Source of the DNA: Chara braunii
Taxonomy: Eukaryota > Plantae > Charophyceae
NCBI GenBank assembly: GCA_003427395.1
Contig: BFEA01000044.1
Location: 1,960,896 to 2,024,895 of the forward strand
DNA: 64,000 bases
Direction: 5' to 3'
The stretch's first letter is position 1. Each line of letters opens with the position of its first letter. The notes under the pieces were generated by a model. That model worked only from the letters and a program-made list of their open reading frames with translations. It was not told the origin of the DNA and made no database searches. The position numbers and the translations under genes were made by a program. Below, piece by piece: positions 24,640-37,950 of this stretch.

Positions 24640-25350
24640 GTAGGCCGGTACCACTAAAGTAGAGGTATCGGGAACTGGAGGCCGAGCAGAGGATGACAAA
24701 GGCATTTTTAGATGCCCAGTAGCAGTAGGCTAGAGGTAGGCGGGTTACAGTCCAAATAGCCTGAGTCTAGGCTCTGCACGGACGATGTCAGAGCGTGCAA
24801 TGATGTTTCCCTGAAAAGGGAGGAGGTACCGTGTGGCATTCTACGCACCACACGGGCCCTGCAGGGCCCGACCAGGTGGACTAAGGGATCAGTAAGGGCC
24901 TTCAGGCCCTGTGTCATTTCAGCCTGAAAAGGAGGGCCAATGTAGGCCCTCTTAAAGTCGAACCGTCCTGAAACTTAGGCGCCAGACCAGGGATAAGCGC
25001 AGGCCATTTTTAGGCCCATTTCAAGACAACCCGTTTTTGAACTTGGGCGCCAGGGTCTGGCACGTTTCGGCCTCCCAGCCGGACCAGCACTATATAGGCT
25101 GGTCCGCCCAGGAGGCAACGGGCAGTCTTCAGGACTCGGCAGCAGCACTCTGCAGGAGTGCTACAGTAGTAGTAGATATTGATAGTGGTCTTCAGCGCTG
25201 GGCGCTGCTAGGATCTTAGAGTAGCGTTGGGAGAGAGAAAGTGGCGGAGGCAAGGGAGACTTACCTGGGAGCTTACCTGTGGTGCCATAGCTCCAACTTC
25301 GTCTTCGATGTTCCTGCAACAAGGCGCCACCTTCACAGGATAGTACCTAG

Positions 25351-25406
<56 letters not shown>

Positions 25407-25860
25407 CTTCGGGATGATGACGATATTTGGATATAGACTCGACCTTGGGACAAAGATATTGACGAGGGACTATTTGGGATCCATACCAGCGACACTTGTG
25501 TGATTGTGTGATGACATTCGCATCTCCAACCTCTTCTTCGTCTGATCCCTCTCCTCTTCGTCTGTGTCCGATTTGAGCCTGGCGCCTGTGTGTAGCGCCA
25601 GGCCCCTTCACACCTTGGGATGATGATGATGTTTGGTCTGCATTGCCACATTGATTGGTCTGATCATTGGTATTTTAGCCTTCCGCTGCGCTATTCTGTA
25701 CTATGTGAGAGGTCGGTTTTTGTTCTGGTCTGTACCATTATGGTATGCGACATACCGGTTGCTTGGAGGCTGCTGTCATGCCCAAACCGCTTCCAATGCC
25801 GGGTTCAGTGTCCCTCCCCTGACCAAGTGCAGTGGGTTGGTATACTAGCAAGCTGTCACG
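24640..25860 (+). mobile_element. LTR-like element (family C), approximate boundaries
   Basis: TATATA at ~25091, paired CTTACCTG, GCCATAGC and (GA)n. Inverted homology to ~36130-37500. Confidence 0.5.
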
Positions 25861-25924
25861 CAGGATTTTTGTTAAAGTTATGTGTCACAACACTCTTTCA
25901 ATAAAGTAGCCAAAGTAGATAGTA

Positions 25925-27238
25925 TTATCTGTGACGAGCGCGAGGCTGAGGGAGAGCCGAGGAGGGTGTGTGTGGAACGGGGTTGCGTTTGAGTTCGTCG
26001 AGAGGGTAAGAGATCTTGCGGGCATGATTGCATCTACGTCATTGTCTGCCGCCTGACCAAATGCTCCCACTTCATCCCTTGCACCACCTCGCACGCCGCC
26101 AAAGACATGGCCTTACTCTTCTTCGCCCATGTTGCACGCCCACCACGGCCTCCCCGAGAATATCATCAGCGACCGCGATCCCCGTTTCCTCTCACAGTTC
26201 TGGAAACAACTCTTCAACGCCTACGGAACTACACTCAAGTATAGCACTGCATTCCACCCACAGACCGATGGACAAATCGAGAAGATGAACGATACTCTCC
26301 AAAGAATCCTATGGAAGTACCGTCATCCACACCAATACTACTGGGATCGGTTGCTCACTGCCGCCGATCGCCGACAACAACGTTGTCTGTCCTTCCACTG
26401 GCATGTCTCCATTCTACCTTGACCTTGGCTACCATCTGCGCTTGGCCTTTGATTTCTTGCTTCCCACACAACTCAACCCCTCCACACCTTGACCTTCCCT
26501 CAATGAATGGGTAGCAACAATGAATCGACTCCACAGAGAAGCAACCGAAGCCCTCGAATGAACACAAGAACAACAAGCAAACAAGATCAACAAACACAGA
26601 CGAGACTTGCAATTCAAAGTAGGGGACAAAGTTTGGCTCTCCGCAAAACGGTTTGAACCCAAACATGGATAGTCAAAGAAACTCTCGAACAAATGGCTTG
26701 GACCCTAGCCCATCATTGAAAAAACCTCCGACGTCAACTACAAACTCCAACTCCCCCCCGACATGAGCCGTGTCCACCCGGTCTTTTACGCCGAATACTT
26801 GAAAGAATATCATGAATCCCCACCCCAATTTGCTGACCGCCCATATCCTAGACCTCCACCTATCATGTTGCCCATAGGCCCTTAATTTGTTGTTGAAGCG
26901 ATTAGAGGTCGACGAACTACTCAGGTATCTGACCACCCGGAATCAATCACTGAATACGAAGTCAAATGGACCGGATACCCCGACGAAGAATCTACATGGG
27001 AACCTCTCTCGAATCTCAAGAATGCCATGAAACTTGTCTGCGCCTATGATTGTGCTACTCCTATGTCCTAGACACCCACGTAACTACAACCCTGAACCCC
27101 TGTATAAACCTTGCTACAACCTCGCAACCCCCTTCTACACACACCCTCCTCGTGTGTGAGTTCGTGGAGAGGGTAAGAGATCTTCGAAACGACACAAGGC
27201 TGCTCGGCTCTCCCTCAGCCTCACGCTCGTTATAGATA
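25925..27238 (+). mobile_element. Chromovirus fragment with canonical group I chromodomain (Tcn1-like), with inverted ends
   Basis: HGLPENIISDRDPRF, STAFHPQTDGQIEKMN, VHPVF, YEVKWTGYPDEESTWEPLSNLKNA. Short LTR with TATAAA at ~27103. Confidence 0.85.
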
Positions 27239-27321
27239 CCTACGAACTCACACGAACTCACACGCAACCCCGTTCTACACACAACCTCACAGGATCTACC
27301 ACGAACTCACACACCCTCCCC

Positions 27322-27970
27322 ACGTCCTTGTGTGTGAGTTCGTGGAGAGGGTAAGAGATCTCGGAAAAGTTGCGAATGAACGGGCGGTAATAGTTGGCAA
27401 GGGCGAGGAAGGAACAGAGTTGGAGGAGGGTTCTGGGCGGGGGGTACTCGACGAGGGCTGTGACCTTCGAGGGGTCCATACGGATGCCTTCAACGGAGAC
27501 AATGTGGCCAAGGTATTCGACGCTCGAAGCCGCAAACATACTTTTGCTGAGCTTGGCGTAGAATTTTTGCTCTCGGAGGATCGAGAGGACTTGGCGAATG
27601 TGCTGAAGGTGGGACTCTTAAGGTGGGGCTAAAGATGAGGATGTCATCAAGGTACACGACGGCACAGACTTCGAGGAGGCCATGGAAGATGTGGTTCATG
27701 GTGGACTAGAATGTGGCGGGGGCATTCGTGAGTTCGAAAGGCAGTACGAGGAACTTGTAGTGCCCGAACCGAGAGCGGACTGCGGTCTTGTGGGTGTCCT
27801 CCTCGCGGATACGGATCTGGTGGAAGCCACTTAGGATGCGGATCTGGCGGAATGCGGTCTTGTGGGTGTCGTCCTCGCGGATGCGGATCTGGTGGGGGCG
27901 GATCTCGCGGATACGAAGAGCGGAATGCGGTCTTGTGGGTGTCCTCCTCGCGGATGCGGATCTGGCGGGG
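27322..27970 (-). pseudogene. Gypsy RT fragment of the same C-rich family
   Basis: [60 protein letters not shown]. Confidence 0.9.
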
Positions 27971-28049
27971 GCATCCCTTGTCAGCCCAAAAGGTCATTCC
28001 ACTGTGTCCGTATCTCTTAAGCGACATTCTGACATATGTCTCAACTTAT

Positions 28050-28100
28050 GGGGGTATTTGGACAAAAAACCCCACACACAAAAAAGGAGACTCTCTCTCC

Positions 28101-28140
<40 letters not shown>

Positions 28141-28758
28141 TCATAATATCGAAATGTACACTAGTACATTGAAATGTACACTTCCATCGATAGGATGATC
28201 TCGGAGTGTATATTTTGATGTTCTAGTGGACGATTCATTCGTTTTATTTTCGATGTTCTAGCGGTCGATTGATTCGATTTTGTGCATCCTATCGATGGAA
28301 GTACCCTCTCTCTCTCTCTCTCACACACACGCACACACACACACACACACACATACACATGTTTTCCCTCGACAGCAATTTGACTCCGCCCTGATATCAG
28401 AATATCGAAATATACATTACTACATCGAAATATACAGTATTACACTTCCATCGATAGGATTATCTCTCTCTCTCTCTCTGTCTCTCTCGCTCTCTCGCTC
28501 GCTCGTCCTCTTGCCTCCCCCCTGATCTCAAAATATTGAATTTTACACTACTACATCCAAATATACACTATTACACTCCCATCGATAGGATGATCTCTCT
28601 CTCTTTCTCTCTCTCTCTCTCTCGCGCGGGCGCGTGTCCTCATAATATTGAAATATACACTACTACATCGAAATATTCACTTCCATCGATAGGATGATCT
28701 CTATACACTACTGCATCGAAATATACCCTTCCATCGATAGGATGATCTCTCTCTCTCC

Positions 28759-28793
<35 letters not shown>

Positions 28794-28800
28794 CTAGACA

Positions 28801-28869
<69 letters not shown>

Positions 28870-29130
28870 CGGCTCGTAGATATTTCGATGTTCGAGCGAA
28901 AGATTCATTCGATTTTGCTCATCTATCGATGGAAGTAGAGAGAGAGAGTCTCCTTTTTTTGTGGGGGGGGGGTTATTTTCCAAGTACTCTGTGTGTGTGT
29001 GTGTGTGTGTCAGAGAGAGAGAGAGAGAGGGTACCTCCATCGATAGGATGAGCAAAATCGAACAGATCTCCCACGAGAACATGGAAATATACACCGCCAC
29101 ACTTTTTTTGTGATGGAAATATACACCGCC
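28050..29130. repeat. Foldback-like repeat with TTCCATCGATAGGATG subrepeats and (CT)/(CA) microsatellites
   Basis: About 9 ATCGAT-centred motifs in both orientations; 28058-28100 is inverted to 28940-28985. Confidence 0.55.
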
Positions 29131-29850
29131 ACGCCACCTCCTATTCCCCCCTCCCTCCCCGCGATTCAACACCCCCATGTCCCAGTCCCCCTCCCTCCCC
29201 CGATTTCTTTCCACCGACTTGCCTCCACCGACCTCTCTCCTGCGATTTCCCTCCCCATCTCGACTTCCTTGCCCCGACTTCCCTCCCCATCTCGACTTCC
29301 CTGCACCGACTTCCCTGCCTCAACTTCCCTGCGTCGACTTCCCTGCCCCGACTTCCCTCTGTCGCTGACCTCCATTCCCCGACTCCCCTCCCTCGACCCC
29401 CCTTCCCATCCCGACTTTCCTCCCTGCACTAACCCCCCTCCCACGACTTCCCTTCCCATCCCGACTCCCCTCCCTCCCCCTACGTCCCTACTCCAATGTC
29501 CCTATTCCGACCTCCCTCCTAGGACCTCCCTTCGTTGACTTCCGTCCTCATCCCAGCATCCCTCCCTCTATTTCCCTCCATTGATCCCCGCCTGTCTCCC
29601 GGATCCCGACTTTCCTCCATTGATTCCTACCTCTCCCCCGATCCCGGCTTCCCTCCACCAATCCCCACCTCTCTCCCCCACTCCCGACCCCTCTTCCAAC
29701 CTCCCTCCCCCGACCTTCGTTCGCCAACTTCCCTCCCCGTCCCGGCTTCCTTCCCCCCACTTCCCCCCATGGATCCCGACCTCTGTCCCCCGATCTCGAC
29801 TCCTCTCCGGTTCTCCATCCCAACCTCTACTTCCCTCGATTGCAACCTCC
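29130..29850. repeat. C-rich degenerate minisatellite (CCGACTTCCCTCCCC-like)
   Basis: Many degenerate CCGACTTCCC units visible. Confidence 0.7.
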
Positions 29851-29961
29851 CTTGCCATGATAGCTCTTCCTCCTCCCGGTGCTACTCCTGCTCTTCCCCC
29901 CTTCCTCCTCCTGGTTGTCCCGAGGGCTGCACCCTCACCCGTCGGCAGTCTGAGCGGCTGG

Positions 29962-30027
<66 letters not shown>

Positions 30028-30663
30028 NNNNNNNNNNNNNNNNNNNNNNNNNNNNNNNNNNNNNNNNNNNNNNNNNNNNNNNNNNNNNNNNNNNNNNNNN
30101 NNNNNNNNNNNNNNNNNNNNNNNNNNNNNNNNNNNNNNNNNNNNNNNNNNNNNNNNNNNNNNNNNNNNNNNNNNNNNNNNNNNNNNNNNNNNNNNNNNNN
30201 NNNNNNNNNNNNNNNNNNNNNNNNNNNNNNNNNNNNNNNNNNNNNNNNNNNNNNNNNNNNNNNNNNNNNNNNNNNNNNNNNNNNNNNNNNNNNNNNNNNN
30301 NNNNNNNNNNNNNNNNNNNNNNNNNNNNNNNNNNNNNNNNNNNNNNNNNNNNNNNNNNNNNNNNNNNNNNNNNNNNNNNNNNNNNNNNNNNNNNNNNNNN
30401 NNNNNNNNNNNNNNNNNNNNNNNNNNNNNNNNNNNNNNNNNNNNNNNNNNNNNNNNNNNNNNNNNNNNNNNNNNNNNNNNNNNNNNNNNNNNNNNNNNNN
30501 NNNNNNNNNNNNNNNNNNNNNNNNNNNNNNNNNNNNNNNNNNNNNNNNNNNNNNNNNNNNNNNNNNNNNNNNNNNNNNNNNNNNNNNNNNNNNNNNNNNN
30601 NNNNNNNNNNNNNNNNNNNNNNNNNNNNNNNNNNNNNNNNNNNNNNNNNNNNNNNNNNNNNNN

Positions 30664-30750
<87 letters not shown>

Positions 30751-31394
30751 CGCCCGCGTCCTGCCTTTCAGACCGCTTAACAGCAACAGATGGTGGATCG
30801 CCCTTCTCCCGCTGGCCCCCCTGCTGCTCCTCTGGCTCTTCCTCCCCCTCCTCCCGCTCCTCCCGCTGGCTGCGCCCTCAGCCGCTGGTAGTTTGCATGG
30901 GGCAGTCTGCACGGCTCGACTGCTGGTGTCGGCCCTCTGCCTGCTAGTGTCCCGTTCGTGCCCCCAACCGACGCGCCCTCCTCGGTCCCTGCGGCACCCG
31001 GCTATCTGACGCCCAACCCTACGGCTGCCTCTTTCCTTCGTTTCACGTGGCGTTGTGCCGCTTTAGGTCCTGTCCCTCCCTTGCCACTTGCGGTCCTGTT
31101 CGTGCGTCGGTTCGCGTCACTCCTGTCCCTTTCCCTCGCTGACACACCTGACGACGGGCCCCTGCTACAGTTTCTCGTGGGCCCGTGCTGACGTATGTCG
31201 TCGGGACTGCTGTATCCTTTAAGGGTATAGGGATGTACCTCACATCATAGAGAAGTCAAAATTTTGGAGGGGGGCGAGCGCCGTCGGGTTCGGGCGCGGA
31301 ACGGGACCACGAACACCCGTAGGTACAGAGGTTGGCCCGGCGACCTCTGTACGTATGGGCTGGTGACCTTGTACGCAATGAAATAACAAGCTCT

Positions 31395-32224
31395 TCATAA
31401 ATAAAGAAGTGTGCCGACAACGAAATTGCGTTGGCTATTTGTGTCGGCTTTGTTATTCTCACTAGGTTCAGCATCATCTCCCCTACCAAAAAGGCTCAGT
31501 GAGGTCGGTCGCTTCAGAAGGGTTTCATCGTTGCTTTTACACGCACAAGGCACTACCACGACGCGACTTTCTTCATTCCAATCGGAAGCTGAACAGGATA
31601 CTCGTGAACGTTTGATGCTGGTGGCATAATTGCCCAGACGTGTAAAATCTTCTACAAGATCGCACGTCTTCCCTCGTACAGCGACGTCGAAAATCGTATG
31701 TGCTAGGACATTGAGGAAACTAGGCCACGAAGTTGCAACACCATCAGAAGCGCATGGTGTACTCAGTTCAACCCAAAGAGCATATGGTGGAACTGGTGAA
31801 CCATTCGAATCTCTTTTCAAATGGGGCAGAGGGCTCAAAGTACTTACCAAACTTCGCACCTACCGGCATATGGGAAGGAGCCGAAGTCGCTGGACTTGGA
31901 CCGCAAAACCAAGCACGTCGCATACCTGAGAGTTAAGGATACTTCTACGTGTGTTGTACGCTCGACGAATGGGAAAAGGTCTCGAGTAACTCAGTGGTTA
32001 GAGCAAATGGCTGTGAAGTGTGTCGATTTTGACTTTTTTGTGGATGATGTAGTTTGAACTACGACATTGTTCAGAACATGTCTAAAACAATACCTTACAT
32101 TATCCCAAGAGGCTTTTGACTCTTGCGAGAGCCTCCGAACGTCTCTAGCAAGCCTATGGAGGCTCGCAAAACAGGGAGCGTGGAACATTATCTCAGCAAG
32201 AACTGCATGCCATTGGGATGGCAT
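31395..32224 (-). other. Possible spliced orphan coding fragment (exons 32099-32224 and 31395-31859)
   Basis: AAT|gtaagg ... tag|GTG phase-0 intron at 31860-32098 joins two ORFs. No domain recognised. Confidence 0.3.
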
Positions 32225-33079
32225 GTACTGAGCTGCAGCGAAGGCTGGAGTGTAAATAATTGCCTTCGCAGGGACTTATGAGCAAATGATCATACGTGCA
32301 AGGACTGAATCAGCAAAGGATCAGCTGCTCAGGGACTGAATCGTAAATACCCTTGCAGCAGAGGACTGATCTTGCTATTTGTCGGAATAGCAGGTGCTGA
32401 TCAGCAAACTCTCAATCAACAGTGACCGGACTACAATTTCTCATTCAGCAGAGCCGGGACTGCAAATTTCCATTCGATTGGAACGTAACTTGCAGTACTT
32501 AAATAAGAAGGGACTGATCTGCAAGTTGTCAATGCAACAGGGACAGGGCTGCAAATCCCAATGTAGTGGGACTGGACTGTCGCTCTTAATAAGTAGTGCT
32601 GGACTGCAACTTCTGCAAAACCAGCAGGCGTGACACACAATCTCAATCTCTTAGTCTGGCCAGGAGCACCCACCTCTGGATCAGTTATCTTAGCGGGAAT
32701 TCTTTTAAATTTGGGAACTTGTTTTTCTTAGATTTTCAATACGAATGTTTCCAGAAGCTACTCTTTATTTCACTGCTTTCATTTATACTCTGTGTGATTG
32801 CTATAATATATACTTCAAAGGGGCAAGCAAACTCGCGACTCTAGATCAGAAGTGAAGGGCCGATACCCAGCTCCAGACTACTGGTGCGTAGAACAAGCAG
32901 TCCCCGCTCAACGAGCACACCTGGACCAGCTGATGCACGCAACCACAGTATGCAGGCACTAATTTACAAGCAGTCTAGCACACAACCGAAGATCACCCTG
33001 GGCAAGCAGCCTCGATCCAGCAACCACAGTGGGCAAACATCCCGCGCAATCCACCAGTCTGGGAGGGCGTGCGTCCTAA

Positions 33080-33390
33080 CACTGCCAATCTGAGTGGGTG
33101 TGCGGCCTAGAACTGCCAATCTGAGTGGGAGCTCAGTTTGGGACTGCCAATCTGAGTGGGAGCTCAGTTTGGGACTGCCAATCTGAGTGCACAGTCACGC
33201 AGACTCGCAATCCCACACTTTCCATCCAGGCGTATTCGCAGCCAGCATTACCGATCCGAGCAAGCTCACTACCTGATCCAAGTGAATGTGCTGCCAGCAT
33301 TACTGATCCAAGCTGGCCCACGACCCTGCACTACCCGATCCATGCATATGCACTGCCAGCATTATTGATCCGAGCAAGCTCACGATGAAC
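33080..33390. repeat. Short tandem repeats (31-bp ACTGCCAATCTGAGTG units; GCCAGCATTAxxGATCC units)
   Basis: Four and three visible copies respectively. Confidence 0.7.
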
Positions 33391-34464
33391 ATTTGATGAT
33401 GAGCGAGGTAGCCAGTGAAATCTTGGTGAATGTCCGATGGAGCGTGTGATGACCAGCAAGTTCTTGGCTACGATCCAATAACACGAGCGATAGCTAGCAA
33501 GCCCTCGATGATGTGACGGTGCGTGCAATTTGCCCCATGCTGATTTAATAGTGCACACTTGGATGCGTGTGGATTTTGATTCCTTATCCAATGCTGGGTG
33601 CGACAATCTACAAGCCTGAATGTTGGAAGTGCACAGCAACGGCAAACCCGAATCAATTGCGCAATATCAATAGCAAGTCGGAATCTTGGCACGAGTTGCA
33701 ACATGCTCGAGCCACAGTGCATGCAGCAAGTCGAGGCGTGCATGGCGTAAAAGGGGTGGGCGCAATGTGCAAATATGAGATGGGCGCTTGCAACGTGGAA
33801 TGCGGACACATGCAGAATAAAGTGAGGGCGCGTGCAGAATAAAATGCGGGCGCGTGGATGGGCACGCACAAAATAAATGGGCGCACGAGGATTAAATAGG
33901 CGTGCGTAGACGAAAAAGGGGACGCGCATAGATTACCAGCCAATTTGAGAACGAAGAAGGGGTGGAATGAGCAGTGGGAGAGAGAAAGAAGAGGGAAGAA
34001 GCAAGAGAAGGGAGTTCTAGGGAGCGAAGGGAGTGAGAGAGAAAGGAGAGGAGGTAGTGGAGAAGGCAGTGTGAGGACAACAGCTCGAGTGGAACTTGGA
34101 GCACCGCACCTGGCCAAAGCAGCACTACCCCCTTTCCTTACCTCCCTCTTGCTTGCCTCGCTCTTGCTCCTCCTCCTTGCTCCAGTGTCGTAGCTTTGGT
34201 CCCTGCTCCTCCTTGCCGCTACACCAGCGCATTCACATTCCAACATGTGTAATGAATGACACAGCCTCCCCTTTTATAGTGGAAAGGCAGGGTGCTCAAG
34301 CCCAAGTGCTGCAGTCCCACGCTCAAGGCTGGTACCCATCTAGTTCTAAAATTAGCGCAGGATTTCGTTAATTATATGACGAGACTGGGACAATCCCAAC
34401 TCACGGTATTCGAACAGTCAGGCCAGCGCTAAAAATAGACCAGGCCTGCACTAAAAATACCGTG

Positions 34465-35058
34465 GATTGGCTCAAACTTTATAAGGCGTGGAGGCTAATC
34501 GCAACGAGTGCGGCGTGTAGGCTAACCGCAATGAGTGCGGTGCGTCTGCCTCCAACACAGTCCCGTGCTAAAAATAGCGTGAGCCTGCCCTTGAAATACC
34601 ATTGGACTGGGACAGACCCGACCTTGGAGTACAAAGGGTCTAAAAATATATTGGACCCCTCTCAAATATTATAAGGGCCTAATCTCATGCCTCCATGGCT
34701 GTTTTGGCCCGTGCTTTTCCCAACGCGGCTATATGGCCGTGTCGGTCCGGTCCCAAACGATCAACCCTATTTTTCTTACTAACCCTTGGTTCGTTTTCAG
34801 CGTCGCTTGGCTCGGGCTCCACTACTTTGGCCCTTGCGGTCGCGACAGCTGAGTCCAAAGGCCACAACTCGGCCCACAGAGGGCTGCACCGCTGCACGGT
34901 CCTTTTCGTTGACTCGTCCTGAGGGAGCTGGCCGACACGTTGACCCTAACCGACCACGTCCGTTGATTGGCGCAAACTTTATAAGGCGTGGAGGCTAATC
35001 GCAACGAGTGCGGCGTGTAGGCTAACCGCAATGAGTGCGGTGCGTCTGCCTCCAACAC
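34465..35058. repeat. Pair of ~94 bp direct repeats 500 bp apart (86 bp identical)
   Basis: 34473-34558 equals 34973-35058. Confidence 0.85.
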
Positions 35059-36129
35059 CGCGCGACCAGGAAGTCACCTCCCAAGAGGCAAGTAGGTCGG
35101 TATATCTCTGGGAGGAGCTAGTAGCTGTTCCTAATTTGCGGGATGCAAGTTTGGACGTCGTGCTGCTTGATCGAGCGCTGGTTCTCAGAGCGTTCCCTGG
35201 GAGGAAGGAGGAGAGCTGGGCGCTCTGCTTGGCTATGGCAAGCAGCCTAGCTGGAGGAGGAGGAAGAAGGGGGCGAAGGAGGAGTGTGGCGAGGTACCTA
35301 CCTGGCTATGGTGGACACCACCTTCATCACCTTGTTAGGCGCTGCATTTGGAAGGCCCCAGTTGTGGTAGTGCCTCACCAAGAAGCTTCGAGGCAGAGTT
35401 GGGCATGGCGTCGTGAAGAGCAGCGACCATAGCTACTTTGCATTGTCTTTTGCACAAAAGGGAAGAGCCCTTAGTAGTCTGCCATAGCTTTGACCTGTGG
35501 GAAGTAGAAGAGGGAAGCCATCGCTATGGTGGAGCTATTGTTGTGCTGGCAGTAGGAGGGAACTTCAAATATTGATTTTGGTTCGACCACTCGTTGTTAT
35601 TATTATTATTTTGAAGAAGAACAAGGTTGGCGGAGACAAGGAGGAGGAGGAGAGGGGAGAGAAGGTGGATTTGTCATTGGTCTTGCTAGTGTACATCTGT
35701 CTTTCTTCCTCTTCTTCCTACTTCTTTGGTTTCTATCTCTTTGCAAGTGCTTTCATTTTTTCAGCAATTGGGTGGCACCGTCTCTCTTGTGTATTTTCAC
35801 TTCGAAAATAACCAGGATTGTAGCACACCTAATAACATCGCTTATGATGATTCTCAGATGAGTGGGTTTCCCATGCACCTAATAACGTCGCTTATGATGA
35901 TTTTCAGATGAGGTCTCACAAGGTTGATTGGGTAGCATTGTGTACCCCTGTTGTTGCACTATACTCACCGGCATCCTCTTTGAATTTAAAGATTGGACCC
36001 ATTTAGAAGACCTTGTGGCCAAGAGGAACCAAACACTCCTTATTTTCAGCCCAGGAAAGGTCTCGTTGGTAATTACAGCTGTGATGATTGTACGGCTAGG
36101 TTTTATGCGGTTGATTGGGCAACATGGCA

Positions 36130-37500
36130 TTCCCCTGTCATCTTAATTTTACGACGCCCATTGATCCGTTGTCACATACCGATACGGTGCAAACCAGAAC
36201 CAAGAACCGACCTCTCGCAGATGTAGTAAGGAAAGCACAACGGAAGATTGAAATACCAAGAATCAGAACCAGTCAATATCGTGACACGGACTGAATGTCA
36301 TCATCATCATCATCTTCACACGGTGTGAGGGGAGCCTGGCGCTATAACACTGAGACAAAGCGCCATACACCGATCCAACATAGATGAGGGGGAGGGAGGA
36401 GAGACANNNNNNNNNNNNNNNNNNNNNNNNNNNNNNNNNNNNNNNNNNNNNNNNNNNNNNNNNNNNNNNNNNNNNNNNNNNNNNNNNNNNNNNNNNNNNN
36501 NNNNNNNNNNNNNNNNNNNNNNNNNNNNNNNNNNNNNNNNNNNNNNNNNNNNNNNNNNNNNNNNNNNNNNNNNNNNNNNNNNNNNNNNNNNNNNNNNNNN
36601 NNNNNNNNNNNNNNNNNNNNNNNNNNNNNNNNNNNNNNNNNNNNNNNNNNNNNNNNNNNNNNNNNNNNNNNNNNNNNNNNNNNNNNNNNNNNNNNNNNNN
36701 NNNNNNNNNNNNNNNNNNNNNNNNNNNNNNNNNNNNNNNNNNNNNNNNNNNNNNNNNNNNNNNNNNNNNNNNNNNNNNNNNNNNNNNNNNNNNNNNNNNN
36801 NNNNNNNNNNNNNNNNNNNNNNNNNNNNNNNNNNNNNNNNNNNNNNNNNNNNNNTACCAGGTACTGACCTCTGAAAGGTGTCGCCTTGATGCAGGTATGA
36901 ATGCACGGACGACGAAGCTGGAGCTCAAGCGCCGACAGGTGAGTCCTCAGGTAAGTCCCTTGGCCTCCGCCATAGCCCACTCCCTCTCTCTCTCTCTCTC
37001 ACGCGCCCGTTGCACTGCTGCTGCACTATGGTGGCACTGGAACCCTATCTCTATCGTCGACAACTGCCACTACTATGCCGAGCTCCTATAGGATGCCTCA
37101 ATGTCTACCCAAAGAATGCCTACGAATGCCTACTTATGACTGAGGAGGACCAGCAATAAGTAGCGTTGGTCCCGCCCTCGGGGGCTGCCTCGAGTCAAAC
37201 ACAGTCGTCCGATTGGTCCTGCGATCGGCTTCCCAGATGGACTGGCGCCCAGGTAGGAACCGGTGGCCTACAACAGCCTAGAACTGGTTTGGCGCCAAAA
37301 GTGAACGACGTCCAGACCGTACCAGGGTCTGGCGCCAAACTGTGTCAGGGCCTAACCTACTGGTACCGTCCACTGAAACGATGCAGGCCCAATAAAATAG
37401 ACTTTAGACTGACCCGGAATCACCTAGAACCCCTAGTCCTACTGGTCCAGCCCTGTAGGGGCCTGTGTGGGTCAAAGTATGCCACACCCGCTTTGTGATG
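36130..37500 (-). mobile_element. LTR-like element (family C), spanning a gap
   Basis: AGGTGAGT/AGGTAAGT pair, CCATAGC, TGGCGCC motifs and ATGCCACAC are inverted homologues of 24830-25640. Confidence 0.5.
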
Positions 37501-37796
37501 CCATGCGATTGACGTGCTCTCTTTGATGCTCAATTAGTATGGCATTGTGGTAAAGGTGATATTAGACCCATGTAGGCCTTCGGGCCAAGAGCAATTGGGC
37601 ATGAGTTGCCTTCGACCACTTGAATCCTCATTCGGAGCCCAGGAGAGGTTACGAAACCCCATTCAACCATTGAATCATTGATAGTGACATTTTCCAGTCT
37701 TGTTCTGTTGATAGGACGAGTGACGGAAAATGATGAGCCGAGGGCTATTGCCTGTGGATGCGTCTGGTTGCATCCTGACCACTGGAGTTCTTAAGT

Positions 37797-37950
37797 TAGG
37801 GATATAACCATGGTAACCGTAGACCTGGACACCGGACACTTCCGGACTGTTCTCTGGACGAGTGTTCGGACCTGTCCGGTGGTCCGGACACCACCGAACC
37901 CGAACAGTCCCGACCAACATGAGGGGTACAAATTGTTCGGAACCAAAAAA
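37797..37950 (+). mobile_element. hAT-like terminus
   Basis: TAGGGAT start (Ac/Ds-like) followed by CCGGA/CCGAA subterminal repeats. The partner end was not found. Confidence 0.35.
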
